A DNA stretch of 64,000 bases, from the NCBI RefSeq assembly GCF_032444005.1, contig NC_091286.1, positions 709,094,001-709,158,000 of the forward strand. Direction: 5' to 3'. Positions 36,601 to 46,900 of the stretch are shown piece after piece. The translations under genes were made by a program, and so were the position numbers. The stretch is from Ranitomeya imitator. Taxonomy: Eukaryota. The notes under the pieces were generated by a model. That model was not told the DNA's origin and searched no databases. It was given only the letters and a program-made list of their open reading frames with translations. Every line of letters begins with the position of its first letter. Positions within the stretch are counted from its first letter, which is position 1.

Positions 36601-37687
36601 CGGGCAGCGCCGGCGGGGACGACGGCACACGGGCAGCGCCGGCGGGGACGACGGCACACGGGCAGCGCCGGCGGGGACGACGGCACACGGGCAGCGCCGG
36701 CGGGGACGACCGCACACGGGCAGCGCCGGCGGGGACGACCGCACACGGGCAGCGCCGGCGGGGACGACCGCACACGGGCAGCGCCGGCGGGGACGACCGC
36801 ACACGGGCAGCGCCGGCGGGGACGACCGCACACGGGCAGCGCCGGCGGGGACGACCGCACACGGGCAGCGCCGGCGGGGACGACCGCACACGGGCAGCGC
36901 CGGCGGGGACGACCGCACACGGGCAGCGCCGGCGGGGACGACCGCACACGGGCAGCGCCGGCGGGGACGACCGCACACGGGCAGCGCCGGCGGGGACGAC
37001 CGCACACGGGCAGCGCCGGCGGGGACGACCGCACACGGGCAGCGCCGGCGGGGACGACCGCACACGGGCAGCGCCGGCGGGGACGACCGCACACGGGCAG
37101 CGCCGGCGGGGACGACCGCACACGGGCAGCGCCGGCGGGGACGACCGCACACGGGCAGCGCCGGCGGGGACGACCGCACACGGGCAGCGCCGGCGGGGAC
37201 GACCGCACACGGGCAGCGCCGGCGGGGACGACCGCACACGGGCAGCGCCGGCGGGGACGACCGCACACGGGCAGCGCCGGCGGGGACGACCGCACACGGG
37301 CAGCGCCGGCGGGGACGACCGCACACGGGCAGCGCCGGCGGGGACGACCGCACACGGGCAGCGCCGGCGGGGACGACCGCACACGGGCAGCGCCGGCGGG
37401 GACGACCGCACACGGGCAGCGCCGGCGGGTGGAGTTTGGAATAACGCCAGTTACATGACTGGAGAAGAATGAGAAGAACATAAGATACATGTCACCTCTT
37501 CTCGCCTCTTCTGCCAGCGCCCACACGGCGACTCCTCCAGGATCTCGGACTCGTCCTCACTCTCCTCCTCCTCTTCCTCTTGGGCCGGCACAGAAGGGGC
37601 ACTCACTGGGGGCGACATGGAGACCGCACTGTCCAGTTTAGGGTCCGAGCCTGTACTGGGGGCCGCTTTATTTTCCCCTTCAGACAT
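8673..37687 (-). CDS. nrbp1: Nuclear receptor-binding protein 1 (pseudokinase), spliced CDS, 3'-partial: join(37496-37687,33431-33553,31983-32084,29692-29781,29572-29612,24017-24111,[18133-18156],13596-13679,13410-13468,13173-13271,12817-12949,9288-9390,9165-9215,8804-8939,8673-8726)
   Basis: The exons translate to [17 protein letters not shown]...[59 protein letters not shown]...[31 protein letters not shown]...[28 protein letters not shown]...[10 protein letters not shown]...[18 protein letters not shown], colinear with vertebrate NRBP1 as I recall it. All phases join (1362 nt without the microexon). Pseudokinase substitutions (VVWN, HGN, IGS) are present. The C-terminal exons (LTLLLKLEDKLNRHL...) are not in the window. 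Confidence 0.97.
8804..8939 (-). CDS. nrbp1: nrbp1 exon [45 protein letters not shown]
   Basis: cctgtag|A ... AAG|gcgagt (GC donor), 136 nt. Confidence 0.92.
9165..9215 (-). CDS. nrbp1: nrbp1 exon [16 protein letters not shown](R)
   Basis: ctcctcag|G ... AG|gtgagc, 51 nt. Confidence 0.95.
9288..9390 (-). CDS. nrbp1: nrbp1 exon (H)[33 protein letters not shown]
   Basis: ctcctacag|AC ... AT|gtgagt, 103 nt. Confidence 0.93.
9430..12130 (+). repeat. Degenerate purine-rich tandem array, roughly 70-bp dimeric unit built on GGGAAGACGAGCGAGCCA
   Basis: Recurring GAGCCATGGTAGAAGGGGAAACAGGGAAGACGAGTGAGCCACGACTAAG; divergence increases to the right. Confidence 0.9.
12817..12949 (-). CDS. nrbp1: nrbp1 exon [44 protein letters not shown] (includes BC-box-like [10 protein letters not shown])
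   Basis: tggtag|GAA ... C|gtgagt, 133 nt. Confidence 0.95.
13173..13271 (-). CDS. nrbp1: nrbp1 exon [33 protein letters not shown]
   Basis: ctgcag|ATG ... AGG|gtgagt, 99 nt. Confidence 0.96.
13410..13468 (-). CDS. nrbp1: nrbp1 exon (E)[19 protein letters not shown]
   Basis: gttacag|AA ... GAG|gtgagg, 59 nt. Confidence 0.96.
13596..13679 (-). CDS. nrbp1: nrbp1 exon (V)[27 protein letters not shown]
   Basis: ttttccag|TG ... G|gtaatt, 84 nt. Confidence 0.96.
15370..16800 (-). mobile_element. Highly degenerate Tc1/mariner transposase remnant, interrupted by a minisatellite
   Basis: The minus strand gives broken matches to ILQENVLP...FQQDNDP.H...KSWKILE.PS..DLNP (about 15390-15570) and [13 protein letters not shown] / FWDSVL.T (about 16520-16620), with frameshifts. 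Confidence 0.72.
15570..16490 (-). repeat. About 28-33-bp minisatellite (+ strand CACAGAGTCCCCACCGTGCTTCACTGTAGACAT)
   Basis: About 28 tandem, variable units; the minus strand reads (M)[10 protein letters not shown]. Confidence 0.9.
17509..18052 (+). repeat. 21-bp minisatellite CAGGAGGGA(C/A)GCCGCACTCTC
   Basis: Near-perfect array: a C-variant block, then an A-variant block, then 19-bp units. Confidence 0.97.
18133..18156 (-). CDS. nrbp1: nrbp1 24-nt cassette microexon (V)FHRIFAN
   Basis: tctccacaccag|TC TTT CAT AGG ATT TTT GCT AAT G|gtgaga. It is phase 1-1 and frame-preserving, and matches the VFHRIFAN / VWHRIFSN segment I recall from NRBP1 isoforms and NRBP2. Confidence 0.88.
18297..19900 (+). 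repeat. GGGGACCGCTGCACCCG + (CA)n composite minisatellite
   Basis: Core repeated with variable CA tails; a four-unit higher-order pattern at 18350-19140. Confidence 0.93.
20080..23530 (+). repeat. 34/40-bp C-rich minisatellite (GGAGCGGC[AGCGGC]ACACACTCCTTCTAATCCTCCCCCCA)
   Basis: Tandem units; the 6-bp GCGGCA insertion variant dominates after about 21150. Confidence 0.96.
23530..23810 (+). repeat. About 30-bp GACGGCAGC(AC)nTCCACTCTCT short array
   Basis: About 9 tandem units. Confidence 0.85.
24017..24111 (-). CDS. nrbp1: nrbp1 exon [31 protein letters not shown]
   Basis: ttcccacag|T ... G|gtaagt, 95 nt. Confidence 0.96.
24150..27935 (+). repeat. 106-bp satellite (CAGCTGAGCACAGCGTGGTACACAGCGACCGACACCTCCGACTGTAATAGTATAATACTACACCCAGCACAGGTCACCATCTACTACTATAACCTACACACCCTCA)
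   Basis: Period measured from 24261 to 24367 as 106; about 36 units with small indels. Confidence 0.96.
27945..29170 (+). mobile_element. Penelope-like element (PLE) remnant: C-terminal RT-linker coding fragments plus pseudo-LTR
   Basis: ORF fragments [35 protein letters not shown] and [15 protein letters not shown]...[12 protein letters not shown] resemble the post-RT region of amphibian PLEs (recalled similarity). They are followed by a TATTTAA, a hammerhead motif and an AATAAAA-ending AT-rich tail. No GIY-YIG domain is seen. Confidence 0.75.
28739..28779 (+). ncRNA. Minimal type I hammerhead ribozyme (PLE type), U3-A8 core variant
   Basis: CCC-UUGAGAA-A-GGA(AAGG)UCC-GAAAC-GCGC-GUC|GGGGU. 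Helix I is CCC/GGG plus two wobbles, helix II is 3 bp, and helix III is the palindrome ACGCGCGU. Predicted cleavage is after C28774. Confidence 0.72.
29572..29612 (-). CDS. nrbp1: nrbp1 exon [13 protein letters not shown](S)
   Basis: cacag|GCC ... AG|gtgagt, 41 nt. Confidence 0.95.
29692..29781 (-). CDS. nrbp1: nrbp1 exon [30 protein letters not shown]
   Basis: gacag|GTG ... AAG|gtgagg, 90 nt. Confidence 0.96.
29985..31583 (+). repeat. GCAGCAGTGAGGA(GCAGCAGTGGGGG) 13-14/26-27-bp minisatellite
   Basis: Tandem units; the centre is dominated by 14-bp GCAGCAGTGAGGGA. Confidence 0.96.
31983..32084 (-). CDS. nrbp1: nrbp1 exon [34 protein letters not shown]
   Basis: ttccag|GAA ... AGG|gtgagt, 102 nt. 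Confidence 0.96.
32390..33290 (+). mobile_element. L2/CR1-clade LINE fragment, AP-endonuclease domain, disrupted
   Basis: LLLTAGDI...LWNARS...LGLSET...GGGVG...VAVIYRPPG...IIMGDFNIP...[12 protein letters not shown]...LSDHHLL, split over several frames. Confidence 0.88.
33295..33420 (+). repeat. About 33-bp short array CATCATTACCAGGACC(A)CCCCACCAGAGAC
   Basis: Four units; related degenerate copies at about 32125-32170. Confidence 0.7.
33431..33553 (-). CDS. nrbp1: nrbp1 exon VNQRNVPG...KNFKLQE
   Basis: cctgcag|GTG ... GAG|gtgggt, 123 nt. Confidence 0.96.
33635..34830 (+). repeat. 156/181-bp tandem repeat, 7 units
   Basis: Units start near 33638, 33810, 33966, 34146, 34302, 34483 and 34664; identical ORFs recur at offsets of 337 and 181. 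Confidence 0.93.
35165..35811 (+). repeat. 36-bp G-rich minisatellite GGCCACCGCAG(G/C)CAGGAGGGCTAGGGAGGAGGGGGA
   Basis: About 17 units; translated period of 12 aa. Confidence 0.95.
35812..37428 (+). repeat. 29-bp, 83% GC minisatellite (G/C)GCACACGGGCAGCGCCGGCGGGGACGAC
   Basis: About 56 units with essentially no variation except one site that switches at 36711. Confidence 0.98.
37496..37687 (-). CDS. nrbp1: nrbp1 first coding exon (MSEGENK...RREE); exon extends to 37718 as 5'UTR
   Basis: ATG at 37687-37685, acceptor tctcattttcag upstream of 37718, donor GAG|gtgaca, 192 nt. Confidence 0.95.
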
Positions 37688-40600
37688 TATGGTGGACTGG
37701 AGTCAAAGAAGAAGGCACCTGAAAATGAGAAGAGGAGCGAAACATAAGAAGACCCCAAACTGGGGACCACCGGGGGGCAGAAAGATCAGCACAATGCACG
37801 GGGGAGGGGCGGTATAGCATATAATGTACGGGGGAGGGGCGGTATAGTATATAATGTACAGGGGGAGGGGCGGTATAGTATATAATGTACGGGGGTAGGG
37901 GCGGTATAGCATATAATGTTCAGGGGGGAGGGGCGGTATAGTATATAATGTACAGGGGGGAGGGGCGGTATAGTATATAATGTACAGCGGAGGGGCGGTA
38001 TAGTATATAATGTTCAGGGGGTAGGGGCGGTATAGTATATAATGTACGGGGGTAGGGGCGGTATAGTATATAATGTACGGGGGTAGGGGCGGTATAGTAT
38101 ATAATGTACGGGGGGAGGGGCGGTATAGTATATAATGTACGGGGGGAGGGGCGGTATAGTATATAATGTACGGGGGGAGGGGCGGTATAGTATATAATGT
38201 ACGGGGGGAGGGGCGGTATAGTATATAATGTACGGGGGGAGGGGCGGTATAGTATATAATGTACGGGGGAGGGGCGGTATAGTATATAATGTACAGGGGG
38301 AGGGGCGGTATAGTATATAATGTACGGGGGGAGGGGCGGTATAGTATATAATGTACAGGGGGAGGGGCGGTATAGTATATAATGTACAGGGGGAGGGGCG
38401 GTATAGTATATAATGTACAGGGGGAGGGGCGGTATAGTATATAATGTACAGGGGGAGGGGCGGTATAGTATATAATGTACAGGGGGAGGGGCGGTATAGT
38501 ATATAATGTACAGGGGGAGGGGCGGTATAGTATATAATGTACAGGGGGAGGGGCGGTATAGTATATAATGTACAGGGGGAGGGGCGGTATAGTATATAAT
38601 GTACAGGGGGAGGGGCGGTATAGTATATAATGTACAGGGGGAGGGGCGGTATAGTTTATAATGTACAGGGGGAGGGGCGGTATAGTATATAATGTACAGG
38701 GGGAGGGGCGGTATAGTATATAATGTACAGGGGGAGGGGCGGTATAGTATATAATGTACAGGGGGAGGGGCGGTATAGTATATAATGTACAGGGAGGGGC
38801 GGTATAGTATATAATGTACAGGGAGGGGCGGTATAGTATATAGTGTACAGGGAGGGGCGGTATAGTATATAGTGTACAGGGGGAGGGGCGGTATAGTATA
38901 TAGTGTACAGGGAGGAGCGGTATAGTATATAGTGTACAGGGGAGGGGCGGTATAGTATATAATGCACGGGGAGGGGCGGTATAGTATATAGTGTACAGGG
39001 GAGGGGCGGTATAGTATATAATGTACAGGGGGAGGGGCGGTATAGTATAAAGTGTACAGGGAGGGGCGATATAGTATATAGTGTACAGGGAGGGGCGGTA
39101 TAGTATATAATGTACAGGGAGGGGCGGTATAGTATATAATGCACGGGGGGAGGGGCGGTATAGTATATAATGTACAGGGGAAGGGGCGGTATAGTATATA
39201 ATGTACGGGGAGGGGCGGTATAGTATATAATGTACAGGGGAGGGGCGGTATAGTATATAATGTACAGGGGAGGGGCGGTATAGTATATAATGTACGGGGG
39301 GAGGGGCGGTATAGTATATAATGTACGGGGGGAGGGGCGGTATAGTATATAGTGTACAGGGAGGGGCGGTATAGTATATAGTGTACAGGGAGGGGCGGTA
39401 TAGTATATAGTGTACAGGGAGGGGCGGTATAGTATATAATGCACGGGGGGAGGGGCGGTATAGTATATAATGTACAGGGGGAGGGGCGGTATAGTATATA
39501 ATGTACGGGGGTAGGGGCGGTATAGCATATAATGTTCAGGGGGGAGGGGCGGTATAGTATATAATGTACAGGGGGGAGGGGCGGTATAGTATATAATGTA
39601 CAGCGGAGGGGCGGTATAGTATATAATGTTCAGGGGGGAGGGGCGGTATAGTATATAATGTTCAGGGGGGAGGGGCGGTATAGTATATAATGTACGGGGG
39701 TAGGGGCGGTATAGTATATAATGTACGGGGGTAGGGGCGGTATAGTATATAATGTACGGGGGGAGGGGCGGTATAGTATATAATGTACGGGGGGAGGGGC
39801 GGTATAGTATATAATGTACGGGGGGAGGGGCGGTATAGTATATAATGTACGGGGGGAGGGGCGGTATAGTATATAATGTACGGGGGGAGGGGCGGTATAG
39901 TATATAATGTACGGGGGGAGGGGCGGTATAGTATATAATGTACAGGGGGAGGGGCGGTATAGTATATAATGTACGGGGGGAGGGGCGGTATAGTATATAA
40001 TGTACGGGGGGAGGGGCGGTATAGTATATAATGTACAGGGGGAGGGGCGGTATAGTATATAATGTACAGGGGGAGGGGCGGTATAGTATATAATGTACAG
40101 GGGGAGGGGCGGTATAGTATATAATGTACAGGGGGAGGGGCGGTATAGTATATAATGTACAGGGGGAGGGGCGGTATAGTATATAATGTACAGGGGGAGG
40201 GGCGGTATAGTATATAATGTACAGGGGGAGGGGCGGTATAGTTTATAATGTACAGGGGGAGGGGCGGTATAGTATATAATGTACAGGGGGAGGGGCGGTA
40301 TAGTATATAATGTACAGGGGGAGGGGCGGTATAGTATATAATGTACAGGGGGAGGGGCGGTATAGTATATAATGTACAGGGGGAGGGGCGGTATAGTATA
40401 TAATGTACAGGGAGGGGCGGTATAGTATATAATGTACAGGGAGGGGCGGTATAGTATATAGTGTACAGGGAGGGGCGGTATAGTATATAGTGTACAGGGG
40501 GAGGGGCGGTATAGTATATAGTGTACAGGGAGGAGCGGTATAGTATATAGTGTACAGGGGAGGGGCGGTATAGTATATAATGCACGGGGAGGGGCGGTAT

Positions 40601-42300
40601 AGTATATAGTGTACAGGGGAGGGGCGGTATAGTATATAATGTACAGGGGGAGGGGCGGTATAGTATAAAGTGTACAGGGAGGGGCGATATAGTATATAGT
40701 GTACAGGGAGGGGCGGTATAGTATATAATGTACAGGGAGGGGCGGTATAGTATATAATGCACGGGGGGAGGGGCGGTATAGTATATAATGTACAGGGGGA
40801 GGGGCGGTATAGTATATAATGTACGGGGAGGGGCGGTATAGTATATAATGTACAGGGGAGGGGCGGTATAGTATATAATGTACAGGGGAGGGGCGGTATA
40901 GTATATAATGTACGGGGGGAGGGGCGGTATAGTATATAATGTACGGGGGGAGGGGCGGTATAGTATATAGTGTACAGGGAGGGGCGGTATAGTATATAGT
41001 GTACAGGGAGGGGCGGTATAGTATATAATGTACAGGGGGAGGGGCGGTATAGTATATAATGTACAGGGGGAGGGGCGGTATAGTATATAATGTACGGGGG
41101 GAGGGGCGGTATAGTATATAATGTACGGGGGGAGGGGCGGTATAGTATATAGTGTACAGGGAGGGGCGGTATAGTATATAGTGTACAGGGAGGGGCGGTA
41201 TAGTATATAATGTACAGGGAGGGGCGGTATAGTATATAATGCACGGGGGGAGGGGCGGTATAGTATATAATGTACAGGGGGAGGGGCGGTATAGTATATA
41301 ATGTACGGGGAGGGGCGGTATAGTATATAATGTACAGGGGAGGGGCGGTATAGTATATAATGTACAGGGGAGGGGCGGTATAGTATATAATGTACAGGGG
41401 AGGGGCGGTTTAGTATATAATGTACAGGGGGAGGGGCGGTATAATATATAATGTACAGGGGGAGGGGCGGTATAGTATATAGTGTACAGGGGAGGGGCGG
41501 TATAGTATATAATGTACAGGGGGAGGGGCGGTATAGTATATAATATAGAGGGGGAGGGGCGGTATAGTATATAATGTACAGGGGGAGGGGCGGTATAGTA
41601 TATAATGTACAGGGGGAGGGGCGGTATAGTATATAATGTACAGGGGGAGGGGCGGTATAGTATATAGTGTACAGGGAGGGGCGGTATAGTATATAGTGTA
41701 CAGGGAGGGGCGGTATAGTATATAGTGTACAGGAGGGGCGGTATAGTATATAGTGTACAGGGGGAGGGGCGGTATAGTATATAGTGTACGGGGGAGGGGC
41801 GGTATAGTATATAATGCACGGGGGGAGGGGCGGTATAGTATATAATGTACAGGGGGAGGGGCGGTATAGTATATAATGTACGGGGAGGGGCGGTATAGTA
41901 TATAATGTACAGGGGAGGGGCGGTATAGTATATAATGTACAGGGGAGGGGCGGTATAGTATATAATGTACAGGGGAGGGGCGGTTTAGTATATAATGTAC
42001 AGGGGGAGGGGCGGTATAATATATAATGTACAGGGGGAGGGGCGGTATAGTATATAGTGTACAGGGGAGGGGCGGTATAGTATATAATGTACAGGGGGAG
42101 GGGCGGTATAGTATATAATATACAGGGGGAGGGGCGGTATAGTATATAATGTACAGGGGGAGGGGCGGTATAGTATATAATGTACAGGGGGAGGGGCGGT
42201 ATAGTATATAGTGTACGGGGGAGGGGCGGTATAGTATATAATGTACAGGGGGAGGGGCGGTATAGTATATAGTGTACAGGGAGGGGCGGTATAGTATATA

Positions 42301-43905
42301 CAGTGGAGCAAAAAAGTATTTAGTCAGTCAGCAATAGTGCAAGTTTCTCCACTTAAAAAGATGAGAGGCGTCTGTAATTTACATCATAGGTAGACCTCAA
42401 CTATGGAAGACAAACTGAGAAAAAAAAATCCAGAAAATCACATTGTCTGTTTTTTTAACATTTTATTTGCATATTATGGAGGAAAATAAGTATTTGGTCA
42501 GAAACAAACAATCCAGATTTCTGGCTCTCACAGACCTGTAACTTCTTCTTTAAGAGTCTCCTCTTTCCTCCACTCATTACCTGTAGTAATGGCGCCTGTT
42601 TGAACTTGTTATCAGTATAAAAGACATCTGTCCACAACCTCAGACAGTCACACTCCAAACTCCACTATGGTGAAAACCAAAGAGCTGTCGAAGGACGACA
42701 GAAACAAAATTGTAGCCCTGCACCAGGCTGGGAAGACTGAATCTGCAATAGCCAACCAGCTTGGTGCGATGAAATCAACAGTGGGAGCAATAATTAGAAA
42801 ATGGAAGACATACAAGACCACTGATAATCTCCCTCGATCTGGGGCTCCACGCAAAATCCCACCCCGTGGGGTCAGAATGATCACAAGAACGGTGAGCAAA
42901 AATCCCAGAACCACGCGGGGGGACCTAGTGAATGAACTGCAGAGAGCTGGGACCAATGTAACAAGGCCTACCATAAGTAACACACTACGCCACCATGGAC
43001 TCAGATCCTGCAGTGCCAGACGTGTCCCACTGCTTAAGCCAGTACATGTCCGGGCCCGTCTGAAGTTTGCTAGAGAGCATTTGGATGATCCAGAGGAGTT
43101 TTGGGAGAATGTCCTATGGTCTGATGAAACCAAACTGGAACTGTTTGGTAGAAACACAACTTGTCGTGTTTGGAGGAAAAAGAATACTGAGTTGCATCCA
43201 TCAAACACCATACCTACTGTAAAGCATGGTGGTGGAAACATCATGCTTTGGGGCTGTTTCTCTGCAAAGGGGCCAGGACGACTGATCCGGGTACATGAAA
43301 GAATGAATGGGGCCATGTATCGTGAGATTTTGAGTGCAAACCTCCTTCCATCAGCAAGGGCATTGAAGATGAAACGTGGCTGGGTCTTTCAACATGACAA
43401 TGATCCAAAGCACACCGCCAGGGCAACGAAGGAGTGGCTTCGTAAGAAGCATTTCAAGGTCCTGGAGTGGCCTAGCCAGTCTCCAGATCTCAACCCTATA
43501 GAAAACCTTTGGAGGGAGTTGAAAGTCCGTGTTGCCAAGCGAAAAGCCAAAAACATCACTGCTCTAGAGGAGATCTGCATGGAGGAATGGGCCAACATAC
43601 CAACAACAGTGTGTGGCAACCTTGTGAAGATTTACAGAAAACGTTTGACCTCTGTCATTGACAACAAAGGATATATTACAAAGTATTGAGATGAAATTTT
43701 GTTTCTGACCAAATACTTATTTTCCACCATAATATGCAAATAAAATGTTAAAAAAACAGACAATGTGATTTTCTGGATTTTTTTTTCTCAGTTTGTCTCC
43801 CATAGTTGAGGTCTACCTATGATGTAAATTACAGACGCCTCTCATCTTTTTAAGTGGTGGAACTTGCACTATTGCTGACTGACTAAATACTTTTTTGCCC
43901 CACTG
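42301..43905 (+). mobile_element. Full-length Tc1/mariner DNA transposon (IR/DR type), 1605 bp
   Basis: 208-bp TIRs at 42301-42508 and 43698-43905 (about 5 mismatches), CAGTG termini, TA duplication at 42299-42300 and 43906-43907, and one intact transposase ORF. Confidence 0.97.
42667..43689 (+). CDS. Tc1 transposase, 340 aa, DD34E
   Basis: Paired-like HTH with GRPR-like GAPRK, WSDETK (D), FQHDNDPKH (D) and SPDLNPIE (E, 34 residues after the second D); no stops. Confidence 0.96.
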   Translation: MVKTKELSKDDRNKIVALHQAGKTESAIANQLGAMKSTVGAIIRKWKTYKTTDNLPRSGAPRKIPPRGVRMITRTVSKNPRTTRGDLVNELQRAGTNVTRPTISNTLRHHGLRSCSARRVPLLKPVHVRARLKFAREHLDDPEEFWENVLWSDETKLELFGRNTTCRVWRKKNTELHPSNTIPTVKHGGGNIMLWGCFSAKGPGRLIRVHERMNGAMYREILSANLLPSARALKMKRGWVFQHDNDPKHTARATKEWLRKKHFKVLEWPSQSPDLNPIENLWRELKVRVAKRKAKNITALEEICMEEWANIPTTVCGNLVKIYRKRLTSVIDNKGYITKY

Positions 43906-46900
43906 TAGTGTACAGGGGAGGGGCGGTATAGTATATAATGTACAGGGGGAGGGGCGGTATAGTATATAATGTACAGGGGGAGGGGCGGTATAGTATATAA
44001 TGTACAGCGGAGGGGCGGTATAGTATATAATGTACAGTGGGAGGGGCGGTATAGTATATAATGTACGGGGGAGGGGCGGTATAGTATATAATGTACAGGG
44101 GGAGGGGCGGTATAGTATATAATGTACGGGGGAGGGGCGGTATAGTATATAATGTACAGGGGGAGGGGCGGTATAGTATATAATGTACAGCGGAGGGGCG
44201 GTATAGTATATAATGTACGGGGGGAGGGGCGGTATAGTATATAGTGTACAGGGAGGGGCGGTATAGTATATAATGTACAGGGGGAGGGGCGGTATAGTAT
44301 ATAATGTACAGGGGGAGGGGCGGTATAGTATATAATGTACGGGGGAGGGGCGGTATAGTATATAATGTACAGGGGGAGGGGCGGTATAGTATATAGTGTA
44401 CAGCGAGGGGCGGTATAGTATATAATGTACGGGGGGAGGGGCGGTATAGTATATAGTGTACAGGGAGGGGCGGTATAGTATATAATGTACAGGGGGAGGG
44501 GCGGTATAGTATATAGTGTACAGGGGAGGGGCGGTATAGTATATAATGTACGGGGGGAGGGGCGGTATAGTATATAGTGTACAGGGAGGGGCGGTATAGT
44601 ATATAATGTACAGGGGGAGGGGCGGTATAGTATATAGTGTACAGGGAGGGGCGGTATAGTATATAATGTACAGGGAGGAGCGGTATAGTATATAGTGTAC
44701 AGGGGAGGGGCGGTATAGTATATAGTGTACAGGGAGGGGCGGTATAGTATATAGTGTACAGGGAGGGGCGGTATAGTATATAATGTACAGGGGGAGGGGC
44801 GGTATAGTATATAGTGTACAGCGAGGGGCGGTATAGTATATAGTGTACAGGGAGGGGCGGTATAGTATATAATGTACAGGGGGAGGGGCGGTATAGTATA
44901 TAGTGTACAGCGAGGGGCGGTATAGTATATAGTGTACAGGGAGGGGCGGTATAGTATATAATGTACGGGGGGAGGGGCGGTATAGTATATAGTGTACAGG
45001 GGGAGGGGCGGTATAGTATATAGTGTACAGGGGGAGGGGCGGTATAGTATATAGTGTACAGGGAGGGGCGGTATAGTATATAATGTACGGGGGGAGGGGC
45101 GGTATAGTATATAGTGTACAGCGAGGGGCGGTATAGTATATAGTGTACAGGGAGGGGCGGTATAGTATATAGTGTACAAGGGGAGGGGCGGTATAGTATA
45201 TAATGTACAGGGGGAGGGGCGGTATAGTATATAATGTACAGGGAGGGGCGGTATAGTATATAGTGTACAGGGCGAGGGGAGGTATAGTATATAATGTACG
45301 GGGGGAGGGGCGGTATAGTATATAATGTACAGGGAGGGGCGGTATAGTATATAGTGTACAGGGAGGGGCGGTATAGTATATAGTGTACAGGGAGGGGCGG
45401 TATAGTATATAGTGTACAGGGAGGGGCGGTATAGTATATAGTGTACAGGGGAGGGGCGGTATAGTATATAATGTACAGGGGGAGGGGCGGTATAGTATAT
45501 AATGTACAGGGGGAGGGGCGGTATAGTATATAATGTACAGGGGGAGGGGCGGTATAGTATATAATGTACAGGGGGAGGGGCGGTATAGTATATAATGTAC
45601 AGGGGGAGGGGCGGTATAGTATATAATGTACAGGGGGAGGGGCGGTATAGTATATAATGTACAGGGGGAGGGGCGGTATAGTATATAATGTTCAGGGGGG
45701 AGGGGCGGTATAGTATATAATGTACAGGGGGAGGGGCGGTATAGTATATAATGTACAGGGGGAGGGGCGGTATAGTATATAGTGTACAGGGAGGGGCGGT
45801 ATAGTATATAGTGTACAGGGAGGGGCGGTATAGTATATAGTGTACAGGGGAGGGGCGGTATAGTATATAATGTACAGGGGGAGGGGCGGTATAGTATATA
45901 ATGTACAGGGAGGGGCGGTATAGTATATAGTGTACAGGGGAGGGGCGGTATAGTATATAGTGTACAGGGAGGGCGGTATAGTATAGTGTACAGGGAGGGG
46001 CGGTATAGTATATAGTGTACAGGGAGGGGCGGTATAGTATATAATGTACAGGGGGAGGGGCGGTATAGTATATAGTGTACAGGGGAGGGGCGGTATAGTA
46101 TATAGTGTACAGGGAGGGGCGGTATAGTATATAGTGTACAGGGAGGGGCGGTATAGTATATAATGTACAGGGGGAGGGGCGGTATAGTATATAATGTACA
46201 GGGGGAGGGGCGGTATAGTATATAATGTACAGGGGGAGGGGCGGTATAGTATATAGTGTACAGGGAGGGGCGGTATAGTATATAATGTACAGGGGGAGGG
46301 GCGGTATAGTATATAATGTACAGGGGGAGGGGCGGTATAGTATATAATGTACAGGGGGAGGGGCGGTATAGTATATAGTGTACAGGGAGGGGCGGTATAG
46401 TATATAATGTACAGGGGGAGGGGCGGTATAGTATATAATGTACAGGGGGAGGGGCGGTATAGTATATAATGTACAGGGGGAGGGGCGGTATAGTATATAA
46501 TGTACAGGGGGAGGGGCGGTATAGTATATAATGTACAGGGGGAGGGGCGGTATAGTATATAATGTACAGGGGGAGGGGCGGTATAGTATATAGTGTACAG
46601 GGGAGGGGCGGTATAGTATATAATGTACAGGGGGAGGGGCGGTATAGTATATAATGTACAGGGGGAGGGGCGGTATAGTATATAATGTACAGGGGGAGGG
46701 GCGGTATAGTATATAATGTACGGGGGGAGGGGCGGTATAGTATATAATGTACAGGGGGAGGGGCGGTATAGTATATAATGTACGGGGGGAGGGGCGGTAT
46801 AGTATATAATGTACGGGGGGAGGGGCGGTATAGTATATAATGTACAGGGGGAGGGGCGGTATAGTATATAGTGTACAGGGAGGGGCGGTATAGTATATAA

